DNA of 59,846 nt from a virus (taxonomy: Duplodnaviria > Caudoviricetes): positions 1-59,846 of IMG/VR virus record IMGVR_UViG_3300037502_002383, one strand, 5' to 3'. The notes under the pieces were generated by a model. That model worked only from the letters and a program-made list of their open reading frames with translations, was not told where the DNA came from and made no database searches. Below, piece by piece: positions 48,288 through 57,724 of the stretch (the stretch's first letter is position 1; each line of letters starts with the position of its first letter). A program made the translations under genes and the position numbers.

Positions 48288-48448
48288 AGACCATCGTGGA
48301 CTCAACGGACAAGAAGCACCTGGGCGAGCGCGTCGACGAGACCGCCGAGGTCATCACCTTCGCCAACGGCGAGACCATGAACGTCGAGAAGCGGCTGCAC
48401 GACAACACCGTGCTGGCCAACAGCAACTACGTCATCTACCTGGAGTAA
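48284..48448 (+). CDS. Hypothetical 54-aa protein
   Basis: MKTIVDSTDKKHLG...LANSNYVIYLE; ATGA overlap; strong codon bias. Confidence 0.65.
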   Translation: MKTIVDSTDKKHLGERVDETAEVITFANGETMNVEKRLHDNTVLANSNYVIYLE

Positions 48449-48451
48449 GCC

Positions 48452-49846
48452 ATGCCCAAGATCATCGACGGCGACGACCTGAACGTCGGCACCGAAATCA
48501 CCATCAACACCACCGCCAAGACCTTCACGCTCGTGGCGGCCGGTAACCTGGTGGCCAAGGACGGCGTCACGCTGCAGGCGCTGTACTCCAAGTTCATCAA
48601 GCTGTGGGAGACGGACACTTACAACAAGTTTCCGTTCCCCATGTACGCGATTGACGCGAAGTCTGGCCAGTTCCAGTTCGGCACGGACGGTGGCAGCTTC
48701 TCCGGCTGGAAGCCTTCGGGTGACGTGACGCGCCAGATGTTGCGCGACGGCGGCTGGTCGGAGTACACCTCCGGTGGCGTCCTGGCCCGCCAGTACGTCG
48801 GCATCGTGTCTCTGGGTGAGGTGAGCACAGGCGCACAGCTTTACTACCAGCGTGCAGCCGCAGACGGCCCGACTAATTTCACCTTCACCGATGAGGTGAA
48901 CGAAGGCATCCAGGTCTACGGCGACATCGCCGCCGACGCCACGACAACCACCTTCGACAAACGCGCCTTCTTCAAGGCCTACGCCCGCGAGGAGCAGAAG
49001 ACCTACTCCAGCTCCACCCTGGCCGACACTGGCCAGACCGCGACGGGCGCCTACACCGTCAACGTGCTGCTGTCCAACGCCGACGACCTCAACACCCTTG
49101 TGGCTGACAGCGGCATCGGCGTGGCGCCGTACACCGGCATCAACGTCAGCTACTACTCGGTGGCGCAGTCCATCGACATCAACGCGGTCACCGACAACTA
49201 CCCGTTCTCGATCATCGTCGAGGGCAACAACGCCACGCTGCAGGAGATCTACACCAAGGTGCAGTACCTGCTGCGCCAGGGCACCGACATCAACAGCGCG
49301 GCGACCAACAGCGCGGGCACCAAGATCGGCAAGATCCAGAACGACTTAATGTACTTCGTCGGCCCGGACCTGTTCTGCCGTCAGGGCGTGTTCATCCAGA
49401 ACATCGACCCCAACTTCCTGAACAACGTCTACTTCATCGACGACAACGCCGTCGCGCGCCAGTACAACTACGCAGCCGCTGGTCAGCTGCAGTTCAACAG
49501 CTTCCTCACCAGCGGCAGCACGGGCTACTACCGCATGTACATCACCGACTCGGTGACCGGCACGGATGACTACGGCACCGCCACCGCCATCACGGTGAAC
49601 GACAAGGATGGCAACCCCATCGCGGGCACCATCGACGCGGCCACCAAGGGCTTCACCTTCGCCTACGACACCAACACCCAGGGCGGCCGCTCAGTGTTCA
49701 CCAGCCCCGGCGGTGACGTGCCCGTCACGGTGGTGGCCGGCAACAAGGGCGTGGCCAAGCCGGTGGTTGCCACAGGTACGATCAGCCGGTCCAAGGGTAT
49801 CGTGATCGGCCTGGTGGCTGAACAAGACCGCGCCTACGTGGCCTGA
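48452..49846 (+). CDS. Putative structural protein
   Basis: 464 aa; GVTLQALYS / ATLQEIYT internal duplication; ends EQDRAYVA. Confidence 0.7.
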   Translation: MPKIIDGDDLNVGTEITINTTAKTFTLVAAGNLVAKDGVTLQALYSKFIKLWETDTYNKFPFPMYAIDAKSGQFQFGTDGGSFSGWKPSGDVTRQMLRDGGWSEYTSGGVLARQYVGIVSLGEVSTGAQLYYQRAAADGPTNFTFTDEVNEGIQVYGDIAADATTTTFDKRAFFKAYAREEQKTYSSSTLADTGQTATGAYTVNVLLSNADDLNTLVADSGIGVAPYTGINVSYYSVAQSIDINAVTDNYPFSIIVEGNNATLQEIYTKVQYLLRQGTDINSAATNSAGTKIGKIQNDLMYFVGPDLFCRQGVFIQNIDPNFLNNVYFIDDNAVARQYNYAAAGQLQFNSFLTSGSTGYYRMYITDSVTGTDDYGTATAITVNDKDGNPIAGTIDAATKGFTFAYDTNTQGGRSVFTSPGGDVPVTVVAGNKGVAKPVVATGTISRSKGIVIGLVAEQDRAYVA

Positions 49847-49858
49847 TAGGAGCAGAGC

Positions 49859-51223
49859 ATGAGCATGAACAGCTTCATCCGAGTGCCGCCGGATTCCACC
49901 GGCAAGCGCCTCTACGCGCACCAGCACACCATCGACGCGACGGAGATGCACGTTCAGGCCATGCACCTGAGCGACCCGGACTCGCCGCAGTACATCCAGC
50001 GCATCGACGAGCAGGGCGCTGCCTCGGTGCGCTTCAGCGAGGGCCAGCCGCTGATGGCGGGCTTCGGATCGCTCAAGGTCTCCAACCAGCGGGCGCTCGG
50101 GGTGTACGAGTCCACGCTGGTGGAGAACCCGGACTTCACCGACGAGATCACCGGCACCGCCGCCGCCACCTACAACTCGGCGTCATCGAGCATCGTGTTG
50201 TCCACCGACAGCACCAACGGCTCGCGCATCTTCCGCACCAGCGACCGGCACCACTACTACATGCCGGGCACCTCCAACCTGGCCATGATGACCGTGGCGT
50301 GCGGCGACAGTGGCAAAGCCAACAACCGCCGCTGCTGGGGCCTGTTCACCGAGAACGACGGCCTGTTCTTCGCGCTGGATGGCACGACAGTCAAGGTGGT
50401 GGTGCGCTCCTCGGTCACCGGCTCGGTGGTGGACACGGCCATCACCCAGGCCAACTGGAACGGCGACAAGCTCGACGGCACTGGCCTGTCGGGCGTCACG
50501 CTGGACATCACCAAGATCAACGTCTGGTGGATCGATTACCAGTGGTTGGGCGGCGGCCGCGTGCGTTTCGGCATCTACGGCCCGGACGGCCAGCGCATCA
50601 CCGTCCACAAGGTGCAAAACGCCAACACGCAGGCGCTGCCCTTCATGCGCACCGGCACGCTGCCCGTGCGGTTTGAGAACGACAACATCGGCGCCACGGC
50701 ATCCGGCAGCGAGCTGCGCTTCGTCTGCGCGGCCGTCTACGCCGAAGGCAACTTCGACGACTACATCTTCAATCGCTTCTCTACCGGCATCCTCACCAAG
50801 AACGTCTCGGCCGCGCAGACCTTGCTGCTGGCCCTGCGCCAGGTGGCCATGATCGACGGCAAGCACAACTGCATCCAGACCTTCCCGGAAACGCTGAACG
50901 TCTACACCACAAAGCCCATCGGCATCACTCTGTTCCAGGACGTGGATTACAGCGGCGGCACCTGGGCGGCCTCGTCCTACCAAGCGCGGCTGGAGCGCAG
51001 CACGGACGGCACGTTCACCTATGCCCAGAGCAAGCCGATGAAGACCTTTTTCTTCAATGCCGGCTGCACCACGGTGGACCTCTCGGCCTTCTTCGAGGTC
51101 AACGACCGGGGCATCATGGTGGCGGCTGACGGTACGCAGCAGGTCTGGGCCTTCCTGTGCTCGCCGCTCACAGCCGAGGCCGCTGATGTCTCCATCAATC
51201 TGAGCTACAAGGAACTCGGGTGA
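49859..51223 (+). CDS. Putative structural beta-sandwich (lectin-like) protein
   Basis: PPDSTGK N-terminus; QANWNGDKLDGTG, IDYQWLGGGRVRFG. Confidence 0.7.
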   Translation: MSMNSFIRVPPDSTGKRLYAHQHTIDATEMHVQAMHLSDPDSPQYIQRIDEQGAASVRFSEGQPLMAGFGSLKVSNQRALGVYESTLVENPDFTDEITGTAAATYNSASSSIVLSTDSTNGSRIFRTSDRHHYYMPGTSNLAMMTVACGDSGKANNRRCWGLFTENDGLFFALDGTTVKVVVRSSVTGSVVDTAITQANWNGDKLDGTGLSGVTLDITKINVWWIDYQWLGGGRVRFGIYGPDGQRITVHKVQNANTQALPFMRTGTLPVRFENDNIGATASGSELRFVCAAVYAEGNFDDYIFNRFSTGILTKNVSAAQTLLLALRQVAMIDGKHNCIQTFPETLNVYTTKPIGITLFQDVDYSGGTWAASSYQARLERSTDGTFTYAQSKPMKTFFFNAGCTTVDLSAFFEVNDRGIMVAADGTQQVWAFLCSPLTAEAADVSINLSYKELG

Positions 51224-51906
51224 TCGTCTGGGCCGCCCACGGCGCTGAATGGGCGCTGGCCGAGAAGGTCAGCTTCAACGGCGTCACCAAGCGCATCACG
51301 GTCAACGCCGGGGTGACGGCGCTGGACATCCGCGAGGACGTCTACAGCGCCTGGGTGCGGTGGGTGGAGCGCGAGGACAACGCCCGGTTCCGCCTGGCCA
51401 TGCGGGTCTCAGGCTTCGATCCCATCCCGGGCGGCTTCACGGGCGCGACCTACTTCATGACCAACGGCTGGAAGCTGGAGTACGACCCGAACGTGGTGGC
51501 CATCGCCGGCGTGCTGTACTCCGACGACTACGCCACGCCGTACTGGTCAGCCACTGACCAGCCCATCTTCCCGGCCACGGTGTCCTCGCTGGTCAACAGC
51601 GCGGTGGTCACCCAGAACGTGGTCACCGGCACGGCGCTCACCCAAGCCCAGACAGCGGACGCCGTGTGGCAGGCCGCCGCGCGCACGCTCACCGCCAGTC
51701 TGGACCCGACCAAGGAGCAGATCGCCGCTCAGGTGCGCATCGCTCTGGCGGACGAGCTCACGCGCATCCTTGAGATCGCTGCGCTGCACGGCTTGGTGCT
51801 TGGCAGCCCGCTCACGGTCACGACGACCGAGCGCACGGCTGGGTCGATTGCGCAGTCGATCACCAGTGAGGCGGGCGGCGGCACGACCGTCACCCGGACT
51901 GCGTGA
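51220..51906 (+). CDS. Putative structural protein
   Basis: DVYSAW..W...YFMTNGWK; TADAVW motif. Confidence 0.7.
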   Translation: MIVWAAHGAEWALAEKVSFNGVTKRITVNAGVTALDIREDVYSAWVRWVEREDNARFRLAMRVSGFDPIPGGFTGATYFMTNGWKLEYDPNVVAIAGVLYSDDYATPYWSATDQPIFPATVSSLVNSAVVTQNVVTGTALTQAQTADAVWQAAARTLTASLDPTKEQIAAQVRIALADELTRILEIAALHGLVLGSPLTVTTTERTAGSIAQSITSEAGGGTTVTRTA

Positions 51907-52208
51907 TCGACACCCGCGCCGTTGCCCTTCAGGGCATCGGCTTTGGCCCGCTGGCCGTTGCCACGCTGGGCTATCTGGTCGAGGCCGAGCAGCCTTCGGC
52001 AATACCTCCTGACCTGGCGTGGATCAACGCCAACGCCCGCGCCTACGGCAAGCGGCGCACAGCCGGGTATGGGCGGGAATACGGGGATGCCGAAGAGATG
52101 CGGCGCAGCATTGCGCTGTTGCGGCAGATCGAGGAAGAAGATGAAATCGTGCTGGCGCTGGTGATGTCCGCCGTGCCGCTGCTAGGAGCTGACCAATGGC
52201 GACAATGA
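51903..52208 (+). CDS. Small protein with acidic-hydrophobic C-terminus
   Basis: AVALQG...EEEDEIVLALV; GTGA overlap. Confidence 0.65.
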   Translation: MIDTRAVALQGIGFGPLAVATLGYLVEAEQPSAIPPDLAWINANARAYGKRRTAGYGREYGDAEEMRRSIALLRQIEEEDEIVLALVMSAVPLLGADQWRQ

Positions 52209-55200
52209 AGATGACCGGGTGCATGAAGATCGTCTCGCGCATGAGCGAGGCCGATCAGGACGCGCTGCTGTCGCGCTTGGATGCGTACCAAGCCGACGGC
52301 GTCCCGGCCGAGCGTGCGCAGCTGATGGCCGCGCAGGACATGCTGGCCGAGATCCAGGGCGAGCGCGACCAGCTCTTCAACCTGCTGCGCGAGCAACACC
52401 CCGACCTGTTCTCGGTCGCTGAGGAGCCTCAGCCCGTCGCCGAAGAACCCCAGCCTGCCACCGCCGAGAACCCCGACATCACCGCCAGCCGGCGCCGCAC
52501 CATCTTCGGCAGCCCTGCGCCGCTGGCCAACTGGACGATGCCTGCGGAGACCAAGTTCGACGACTGGATCTACAAGCTGCAGGACAAGCAGGTGGACATG
52601 AAGCGGGTGATCGAGGCGATCAGCCGCAACGGCGGACTGTCCGACCAGTGGAACGCCTACCTGCAAGAGGAGCTCTACCACGGGCGCAGCGCCAAGGCGA
52701 CCAAGGACTTCGGCCTGAAGGAAGTCCGGCCGCTGATGGAGGAGCTGGAGAAGTCAAAGGTCGGCCTCGCTGACTTCGAGGAGTACCTGCACAACCGCCA
52801 CGCCGAGGAGCGCAACACCCAGATCGCCAAGGTCAACCCGGCCATGCCCGACGGCGGCTCGGGTATCGACACCGCGGATGCGCGAGCCTATCTCGCAGCA
52901 CTGGACCCGGCCAAGCGCCGCACCTACGAGGCGCTCGCCCGTCGCGTGGACGCGATCTCCCAGGGCACGCGCGAGCTGCTGGTGCGCTCGGGCCTGGAGA
53001 CGCAGGACACGATCAACCAGTGGGAGGGCGCCTACAAGAACTACGTCCCGCTGATGCGCGAGGACCTGGACTACGGGCTGTCCTCGGGCATGGGCACCGG
53101 CAGCGGGTTCAGCGTCAGAGGCCCGGCCAGCCGTCGGGCCACCGGCTCCGACCGGCCCGTGGTGGACATCCTGGCCAACCTGCTCATGCAGCGCGAGCGG
53201 GCGATCGTGCGCGCTGAGAAGACCCGGGTCGGCACCGCGCTGTACGGCCTGGCGCTGCAGAACCCGAACGCGGACTTCTGGCTGCCGGTGGACCCCAAGG
53301 CGATCAAGGACGTGCCCGGCACCATGGCCAAGCTGCAGGCGATGGGGCTGGATCCGATGGACGTGCGCAACATCATGGAGGAGCCGCTGCAGCAGGTGGT
53401 CGATCCGCGCACCGGGCTGGTCACTTACCGCGTCAACGCCAACCTGCGCAACGCCGACAACGTGATGGCCGTGCGGGTCAACGGCGAAGACAAGTTCCTC
53501 TTCTTCAACACCCGCAACGAGCGCGCTGCGCGCATGGCCGCGTCGCTGAAGAACCTGGATGCCACCAGCCTCGAAGGGCTGCTCAACGTGTCGGGCAAGA
53601 TCAGCCGCTACTTCGCCGCGATCAACACCCAGTACAACCCAGTGTTCGGCGCGATCAACCTGCTGCGTGACGTGCAGGGCGCCGCTGTGAACCTCAGCAG
53701 CACCCCGCTCGCAGGCGAGCAAGCGGCTGTGCTCAAGGGCGTGGGCGGCGCCACCCTCGGAATCTATCGCTCCCTGCGCGCCGATAGATCCGGTCAATCG
53801 GGACCACCCGGCAGCTGGTCTGCGCTGTGGGAGGAGTTCCAGCGCGAGGGTGGGCAGACGGGTTTCCGCGACATGTTCCGCACGAGCGAGGACCGGACCC
53901 AGGCGCTGCAGGCCATGCTCGACCCAGCCTCTTGGACCGAGACGAAGTGGGGCAAGATCCTCACCGCTGGGGGCACGCTGAAGGTGCCGCTGGAGGCGGC
54001 GCGCAAGGGCGCTGCCGAGCCGGTCTTCAACTGGCTCTCCGACTACAACGAGACGTTGGAAAACGCGGTGCGCCTGAGCGCCTACAAGGCCGCCAAGGCC
54101 AAGGGCATGACCGCCCAGCAGGCCGCCTCGCTGGCCAAGAACCTGACGGTGAACTTCAACCGCAAGGGCGAGATCGGCACCCAAATGGGCGCGCTCTACG
54201 CCTTCTTCAACGCCAGCGTGCAGGGCACCGCCAGGCTGGCCGAGACGCTCAAGGGCCCGGCCGGCAAGAAGATCCTGGCTGGCGGCCTGCTGCTGGGCAC
54301 CGTCCAGGCGCTGGCCTTGGCCGCCGCGGGCTTCGACGAGGATGAGCCACCAGACTTCATCAAGGAGCGCAACTTGGTGATCCCCACTGGGGACGGCAAG
54401 TACCTCACCTTCCCGATGCCGCTGGGTCTGAACGTCATCCCCAACACCAGTCGGGTGCTGACCGAGTGGGCGCTGTCCGGCGGCAAGGATCCCGGCAAGC
54501 GGTTCGGGCAGATCGTCGGCGCGTTCGCCGACATGTTCAACCCGATCGGCAACGCCGGGCTGTCGGTGCAGACCATCGCCCCGACCTTCGCTGACCCGCT
54601 GGTGGCGCTGGCCGAGAACCGGGACTGGAGCGGCAAGCCGATCGCCAAGGAGGACCGCTCGGGCACCGACCCGACTCCCGGCTACACGCGAGCCAAGGAG
54701 ACGGCGAGCTGGGTGAGCAAGCAGCTGGCTTACTATCTGAACCTGGCCAGCGGCGGCACCAAGTACAAGCCCGGTGGCCTGTCACCCACGCCCGACCAGA
54801 TCGACTACCTGATCGGCCAGGTGACGGGCGGTGTCGGCCGCGAGGTCCTGAAGGTCACGCAGCTCGCCGAAAGCAAGGTGACCGGCGAGGAGCTGCCGAC
54901 CTACAAGGTGCCGATCGCGGGCCGGTTCTACGGCGACACCAAGGAGCAGGCGGCCACCGCCGACCGGTTCTACCGCAACGTGACGACCATCAACGAGCAT
55001 GAGAACGAGATCGAGGGGCGCAAGAAAAACCGCGAGGGTGGGATCCCCGAGTACATCAGGGAGAACCCGGAGGCTCGCCTCGTCACCTTGGCCAACCGCA
55101 TCGAGCGCGACGTGGCCGAGCTGCGCCGCAAAAAGCGTGAGATGCTAGAGAAGGACCGCCCCAAGGAGTCGATCAAGATGATTGAGCTGCAGATCACCCG

Positions 55201-55246
55201 AAAGATGGAGCAGCTCAACGCCCGGGTCGAAGCCCTTCAGGACTGA
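52196..55246 (+). CDS. LPD38-type large polyvalent-protein C-terminal module
   Basis: NYVPL, AKNLTVNFNRKG, YAFFNASVQG, ENRDWSGKPI, PDQIDYLI...TGGVG. Confidence 0.8.
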   Translation: MATMKMTGCMKIVSRMSEADQDALLSRLDAYQADGVPAERAQLMAAQDMLAEIQGERDQLFNLLREQHPDLFSVAEEPQPVAEEPQPATAENPDITASRRRTIFGSPAPLANWTMPAETKFDDWIYKLQDKQVDMKRVIEAISRNGGLSDQWNAYLQEELYHGRSAKATKDFGLKEVRPLMEELEKSKVGLADFEEYLHNRHAEERNTQIAKVNPAMPDGGSGIDTADARAYLAALDPAKRRTYEALARRVDAISQGTRELLVRSGLETQDTINQWEGAYKNYVPLMREDLDYGLSSGMGTGSGFSVRGPASRRATGSDRPVVDILANLLMQRERAIVRAEKTRVGTALYGLALQNPNADFWLPVDPKAIKDVPGTMAKLQAMGLDPMDVRNIMEEPLQQVVDPRTGLVTYRVNANLRNADNVMAVRVNGEDKFLFFNTRNERAARMAASLKNLDATSLEGLLNVSGKISRYFAAINTQYNPVFGAINLLRDVQGAAVNLSSTPLAGEQAAVLKGVGGATLGIYRSLRADRSGQSGPPGSWSALWEEFQREGGQTGFRDMFRTSEDRTQALQAMLDPASWTETKWGKILTAGGTLKVPLEAARKGAAEPVFNWLSDYNETLENAVRLSAYKAAKAKGMTAQQAASLAKNLTVNFNRKGEIGTQMGALYAFFNASVQGTARLAETLKGPAGKKILAGGLLLGTVQALALAAAGFDEDEPPDFIKERNLVIPTGDGKYLTFPMPLGLNVIPNTSRVLTEWALSGGKDPGKRFGQIVGAFADMFNPIGNAGLSVQTIAPTFADPLVALAENRDWSGKPIAKEDRSGTDPTPGYTRAKETASWVSKQLAYYLNLASGGTKYKPGGLSPTPDQIDYLIGQVTGGVGREVLKVTQLAESKVTGEELPTYKVPIAGRFYGDTKEQAATADRFYRNVTTINEHENEIEGRKKNREGGIPEYIRENPEARLVTLANRIERDVAELRRKKREMLEKDRPKESIKMIELQITRKMEQLNARVEALQD

Positions 55247-55263
55247 CCCGGGGTTGACTGCAA

Positions 55264-55440
55264 TGTTGGCTACACCCAACAACATGCACTTGCTAACTAC
55301 TGCTAACACTTGCAACCCTAAGTCGTTGATTCTTCTAGGATTCGTATGTTATCCGTGCTATCTTTGGTGCCCAGAAGAAGAGCCGTGTGATCTAGTGCCA
55401 TTGCGGGTCTTCAGGGTGTTGGCTACAGTTGTGGCTACAC
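55264..55440. other. attP with tRNA-3'-end core, arm sites and IHF site
   Basis: Core 55365-55381, reverse complement TCTTCTTCTGGGCACCA. TGGCTACA repeats near 55267, 55420 and 55432. AATCAACGACTTA (minus strand, 55319-55331) matches WATCAANNNNTTR. Confidence 0.8.
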
Positions 55441-55458
55441 CAACACCAAAGGCACGAG

Positions 55459-56472
55459 ATGGCAACTCTCCAGAAACGCGGCGACGCTTGGCGCGCCGTC
55501 ATTCGCCGAGTCGGGTTCAAGCCGATCAGCAAGAGCTTCCCCACCAAGGGCCTGGCCCAGGCCTGGGCGCGCAGTGTCGAGAAGGACATGGACGCTCGGG
55601 TCTACCGCGACCCCAGCGGCGCGGCCAAGACCTCGGTGCGCGAGCTCTTCGAGCAGTTCCGCGATGAGGTATGCCCCGAGCGCCGGGGTGGCAAGTGGGA
55701 GGTCACGCGCATCGAGCGGCTGCTGCGCACCGCGCACTTCGTTGACCAGCGGCTGGACCGCATCACGCCCGAGGACATCCGTGACTGGCGCAACGAGCGG
55801 CTGAAAGAAGTCAGCGCGCCGTCAGTCAACCGCGAACTGAACCTGATCAGCGGCGTGTTCTCGCACGCGATCAAGGAGTGGGGTGTTGCTCTGCGCGAGA
55901 ACCCGGTGCACTTGGTCAAGCGCCCGGCCGGCGCGGATCGGGCTCGAACCCGGCGCTTCGGCGAGCGGGAGATCGCAGCGATCCTGGAGGCCAGCGGCTA
56001 CCAGGAGGGCGTGCAGCCTACGGTGGGTCGAGAGTATGTCGGCCACGCGGTGCTGCTGGCGATCGAGACAGCCATGCGGCTGGGCGAGATCTGCGCACTG
56101 CGCGTGGGCGACGTGGACTTCGAGGCGTGCAGCGCCACGCTGCACATGACCAAGAACGGCGACGCGCGCTCGGTGCCGCTGAGCACCAAGGCGCGGGCGT
56201 TGCTGCGCACCCTGGTGACTGGGCGTGACGCCGACGAGCAGGTCGTGCCGCTCACGGCCGAGTCGCTGGGGCTGTACTTCCGCGAGGCGCGCGACGCCGC
56301 GGGTCTGCATGACCTGCACTTCCACGACACCCGGCACGAGGCCGCCACGCGGCTGAGCAAGAAGCTGGCGAACGTGCTGGAGCTGTCGGCCGTCACCGGC
56401 CACCGCTCGCTGCAGTCGCTCAAGCGGTACTACCAGCCGCGCGCGGCGGAGCTCGCGGCCAAGCTCGGCTGA
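55459..56472 (+). CDS. int: Tyrosine integrase
   Basis: TAMRLGEI, TKNG, FHDTRH, TGH...LKRYY. Confidence 0.95.
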   Translation: MATLQKRGDAWRAVIRRVGFKPISKSFPTKGLAQAWARSVEKDMDARVYRDPSGAAKTSVRELFEQFRDEVCPERRGGKWEVTRIERLLRTAHFVDQRLDRITPEDIRDWRNERLKEVSAPSVNRELNLISGVFSHAIKEWGVALRENPVHLVKRPAGADRARTRRFGEREIAAILEASGYQEGVQPTVGREYVGHAVLLAIETAMRLGEICALRVGDVDFEACSATLHMTKNGDARSVPLSTKARALLRTLVTGRDADEQVVPLTAESLGLYFREARDAAGLHDLHFHDTRHEAATRLSKKLANVLELSAVTGHRSLQSLKRYYQPRAAELAAKLG

Positions 56473-56804
56473 GCCAGGGCCCACACGCTGTTGGGCACAG
56501 CCGGCGGTGGCTTCATGCGGGAGCGGTACTTGCGCCCCCGCTCAGAGGCGCTGACCGGCTTGGGCTTGCGGGCGTCGGGCTTGTTGCCCAGCGCGTAGAC
56601 CGGGCGCGGGTAACGCCGCCCGAAGCCCTCCATTGTCCAGCTCTGGATGTGGATCTGCTTGGTCACCACGGTCAGGCGCATGGCGGTCAGGAAGCTGGAC
56701 ACCTGACGGTAGTGGACGTCGGGGAAGAACTGCGCCACCTCCCTCATGGTGAGCGGCCCGCAGATGTGGAGCACGTCGCGGATGTTGGCGAAGCTGGGTT
56801 TCAC
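56430..56804 (-). CDS. Winged-helix-like DNA-binding protein
   Basis: GPLTMREVA...RPVYALGNKPDA; overlaps the integrase 3' end. Confidence 0.65.
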   Translation of the reverse strand: MKPSFANIRDVLHICGPLTMREVAQFFPDVHYRQVSSFLTAMRLTVVTKQIHIQSWTMEGFGRRYPRPVYALGNKPDARKPKPVSASERGRKYRSRMKPPPAVPNSVWALAQPSLAASSAARGW

Positions 56805-57001
56805 TTCATCCACTCCGGTTTCTTGGGCAGCGGTGCCCAGCCGATGTAGCCCGGCTTGCCGGGGCTGTACTGCCCGTACACAGCCACGCCTCCGGTGGTC
56901 AACAACTGCACCTTGGCCGACAGCGGGCACGTCTCAAGCGGCCGCCAGTAGTAGGCCTGGTCCACCGCTGCGGCCTTGTCGCTGGTGATCTTGACGGTTA
57001 T
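56801..57001 (-). CDS. Small phage protein with apparent ATA start (possible pseudogene)
   Basis: WRPLETCP..KVQLL..GGVA...GWAPLP; expected ATG is ATA. Confidence 0.55.
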   Translation of the reverse strand: MTVKITSDKAAAVDQAYYWRPLETCPLSAKVQLLTTGGVAVYGQYSPGKPGYIGWAPLPKKPEWMK

Positions 57002-57252
57002 GCTTGGCCCCTTGCGCGGATAGCAGCGGCGCAGTCGGTCACCCACGCGATGTACCCGGTTGGCCCCTCGCCTTCTTCGTCCATTTTTTTCGCTGTGGCG
57101 TCACACACCTTCGCACACGCCTCGCGCTCGGCAGCGGCGACGGCCTGAAGAAAGGGCAGCACCTCTTCAAGAAGCTCCTCGTTTACTGACAAGCCCTCGG
57201 ACTCGGGGCCAAGCACCTCGCGCATGACGCGGATGATGTCGTCGCGGGTCAC
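56998..57252 (-). CDS. Hypothetical protein (EREACAKVC family)
   Basis: Paralog of 7616..7867. Confidence 0.75.
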   Translation of the reverse strand: MTRDDIIRVMREVLGPESEGLSVNEELLEEVLPFLQAVAAAEREACAKVCDATAKKMDEEGEGPTGYIAWVTDCAAAIRARGQA

Positions 57253-57434
57253 GCCTCACCCCTCGCCTTCTGCGTGCACTCAGCGCAGCGCCACAGGCGC
57301 AGCCTGGTGAACAGCGAGCCGCCTCGGATCTCCTTGGGCTGGTCGCAGGCCGAGCACCTCTTGCGGAAGGCCATGCCGGGGCCGGAGCCGCGTGTGCTCA
57401 TGCTGACGTCCTTGACGTTGCTGTAGTTCTTCAT
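57249..57434 (-). CDS. Small zinc-finger protein
   Basis: CSAC...WRCAEC. Confidence 0.65.
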   Translation of the reverse strand: MKNYSNVKDVSMSTRGSGPGMAFRKRCSACDQPKEIRGGSLFTRLRLWRCAECTQKARGEA

Positions 57435-57724
57435 GGGAGTAGTTGCAGGCCGGGCGATGAGGTGCGGCCGGTCTTCTCGTCGTACAGCGTGCCGGTCACC
57501 CGGTCGGCGAGGTAGCTCTTGTCCCGCAGCTTCAGTCGGGTGAAGACCTTCCTCTTCGACTCCCGGTACACGCGCACGTCGCGTTCGATGGGCACCGCCT
57601 GGCGAAGCCGCTCCATGTCGAGGTCCATCACGCACATATCCGGGGTGATGCGGATGATCACCTCGTTCATGGCGCGGAACTCGCCCACGCGAGCGGGCAG
57701 GAAAGGCGGCAGGGACTTGCTCAT
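57431..57724 (-). CDS. Hypothetical protein
   Basis: ADRVTGTLYD motif; coupled. Confidence 0.7.
   Translation of the reverse strand: MSKSLPPFLPARVGEFRAMNEVIIRITPDMCVMDLDMERLRQAVPIERDVRVYRESKRKVFTRLKLRDKSYLADRVTGTLYDEKTGRTSSPGLQLLP

Noticed and set aside
55340-55400. Complete tRNA gene
   Set aside because: Only about 17 nt of a 3' end; no D or anticodon arm. Treated as the att core.
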